A stretch of 28,193 nucleotides of DNA from Promethearchaeota archaeon (GTDB lineage Archaea; Asgardarchaeota; Lokiarchaeia; Sigyniarchaeales; SOKP01). The stretch lies in assembly GCA_019058365.1 (NCBI GenBank), contig JAHPZE010000042.1, positions 1 through 28,193 on the forward strand, read 5' to 3'. Both the position numbers and the translations under genes were made by a program. Positions 28,001 to 28,193 of this stretch are shown here, one piece after another. Position 1 is the stretch's first letter. Each line of letters starts with the position of its first letter. The notes under the pieces were generated by a model. The model worked only from the letters and a program-made list of their open reading frames with translations. It ran no database searches and was not told the origin of the DNA.

Positions 28001-28193
28001 GAAGAAGAAGCTTTTGAAGAATATATTAATGATAGGATAAATAAAGCTGAAAAAGTAGTACGTGACTATGAAATGGATATGAAAAAAGCTATTAAAAAAG
28101 GGGAAATAATAGAACAAACCCCCTATTTAGATATAATAGAAATATATAAAGAAATACGAGAAAAAGTCTATGCGAGGGGATGGAAAGACCAGG
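25043..28193 (+). CDS. Giant (>1050 aa, truncated by the window edge) E/K-rich alpha-helical repeat protein with MIT-like units (not in ORF track)
   Basis: Begins at ATG 25043 (MAEKKEEDFDQEF...) and I saw no in-frame stop before the window end (...VYARGWKDQ). Three N-terminal MIT-like units, then at least six 123-130-aa repeats. Confidence 0.9.
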   Translation, partial: MAEKKEEDFDQEFDKNGFDPTKEAFFSDMMNAEEEIASEAYELVEHAINLIGGHYYDDGIEILRQAIGLYTQINREEEIKAINDKISEVYVLKEKSFREIEAEPEKEVEVFKEAEVIEEPEAIEEIEEVEVSKGAELIEETRNEADLISRADELIVEAHQLTNSGEFEEALNKYDAAENILEDLNKTEEIERLFLLIEECYTKKAEYLRNVKKEELFVGMETEVQLSEEQIKEQKLEQFRETKKREEEISTRAYEILDQAVERAKLQEYDHAIKLYEEGISLFEELNWTYEAKRIRDTIEQLEKEKLEHLRELEKERVEMEQKIETELEKEKLIDHYAKEVIEQEKLAQLERLKGLEFQKMEQEFFKAQIDNMVSNAARMAHEYEIEMQRAIKDGKIVEECIYPKVIEIYKSIKDLLIDKGWNKEAAIYDDTIDVYIQKFEKDKKIRQIEADKVSKQKETEELLKVQEQGIEVHISEEQQHAIKEQSQRAIEIQNIRNQIEEMTKRAERLAREYEVALRKGKFELKCPYSDIINIFEKARQMALERGWDTDVTIFSSQIYSYKQKLEKDNRLRQIEVDKVRKQEEIEETFKVKKEEPSVGLDVEKLKLLEKQKKAEEEKEDFDSTIDIMVNRAEKMAREYNSEMKKAIKKGKLAENPPFLKIIGIYEKVKRMLLENGREEEAAAYGTQINFYSEKLEHDNKLREVEAEKAYREKALEEMHKMGKHIGVEEERLKTIERKKEEEDFEKFISDNVNNAEKMVRDYEMNMRKAYRKGEIIKNTPYSDVIEIYKEIREKVYARGWKDQAEVYANQIKIYQEKLEKHQKLFEVEAQKAHREKELEEMHKVEKEVEVDHKKLEVIDRKKEEKEFQKYITEEVNKAGKLEREFDTVMKKAIKKGEIIEQTPYLKIIEIYKEIREKIYARGWKDQAEVYANQIKIYQEKLEKHQNLLEVEAQKVQREKDIEEMHKLEKKVEVDHKKLEVIEDQKEEEAFEEYINDRINKAEKVVRDYEMDMKKAIKKGEIIEQTPYLDIIEIYKEIREKVYARGWKDQ
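26130..28193 (+). repeat. Intragenic tandem repeats with an exact 369-bp period in the distal copies
   Basis: GAAATATATAAAGAAATACGAGAAAAA recurs at 27401, 27770 and 28139. The conserved Gly codon of each unit is at 26303, 26681, 27071, 27440, 27809 and 28178. The left boundary is approximate. Confidence 0.92.

Noticed and set aside
27401-28193. Recurring near-identical blocks as a possible CRISPR array or DGR template/variable repeats
   Set aside because: The period is 369 bp and in frame within one ORF, the intervening sequences are homologous, and no cas gene or reverse transcriptase is in the window.

Overview
AT-rich archaeal window, most likely from an Asgard archaeon (Lokiarchaeia-like). 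That placement is inferred from a Rab-like small GTPase, a proteasome alpha subunit, PolB2, a TrmB regulator, GGTGA/GAGGT ribosome-binding sites and an expanded acyl-CoA ligase family. Left to right it holds: (1) a livHMGF-type ABC transporter with a HEAT-repeat gene and an acyl-CoA ligase; (2) a TrmB regulator with two HTH domains, divergent from an unannotated 43-aa four-Cys microprotein and a GyrI-like gene, with three phased TGTNACA palindromes between them; (3) a PolB2 DNA-damage-tolerance module (small helical partner, PolB2, Walker-A-deficient RadA-like protein) split by a ~2.5-kb block of small Cys-rich genes; (4) an acyl-CoA block (two paralogous ligases, an Fe-S protein, a sirtuin, a crotonase); (5) a co-oriented cluster of Rab-like GTPase, proteasome alpha, a winged-helix protein and a >1050-aa protein missing from the ORF track. 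That last protein is built from MIT-like helical units and a ~123-aa tandem repeat that appears recently expanded, and it runs off the window edge. No rRNA, tRNA, CRISPR array or transposase was seen. All family calls come from motif recognition by eye, not database searches.
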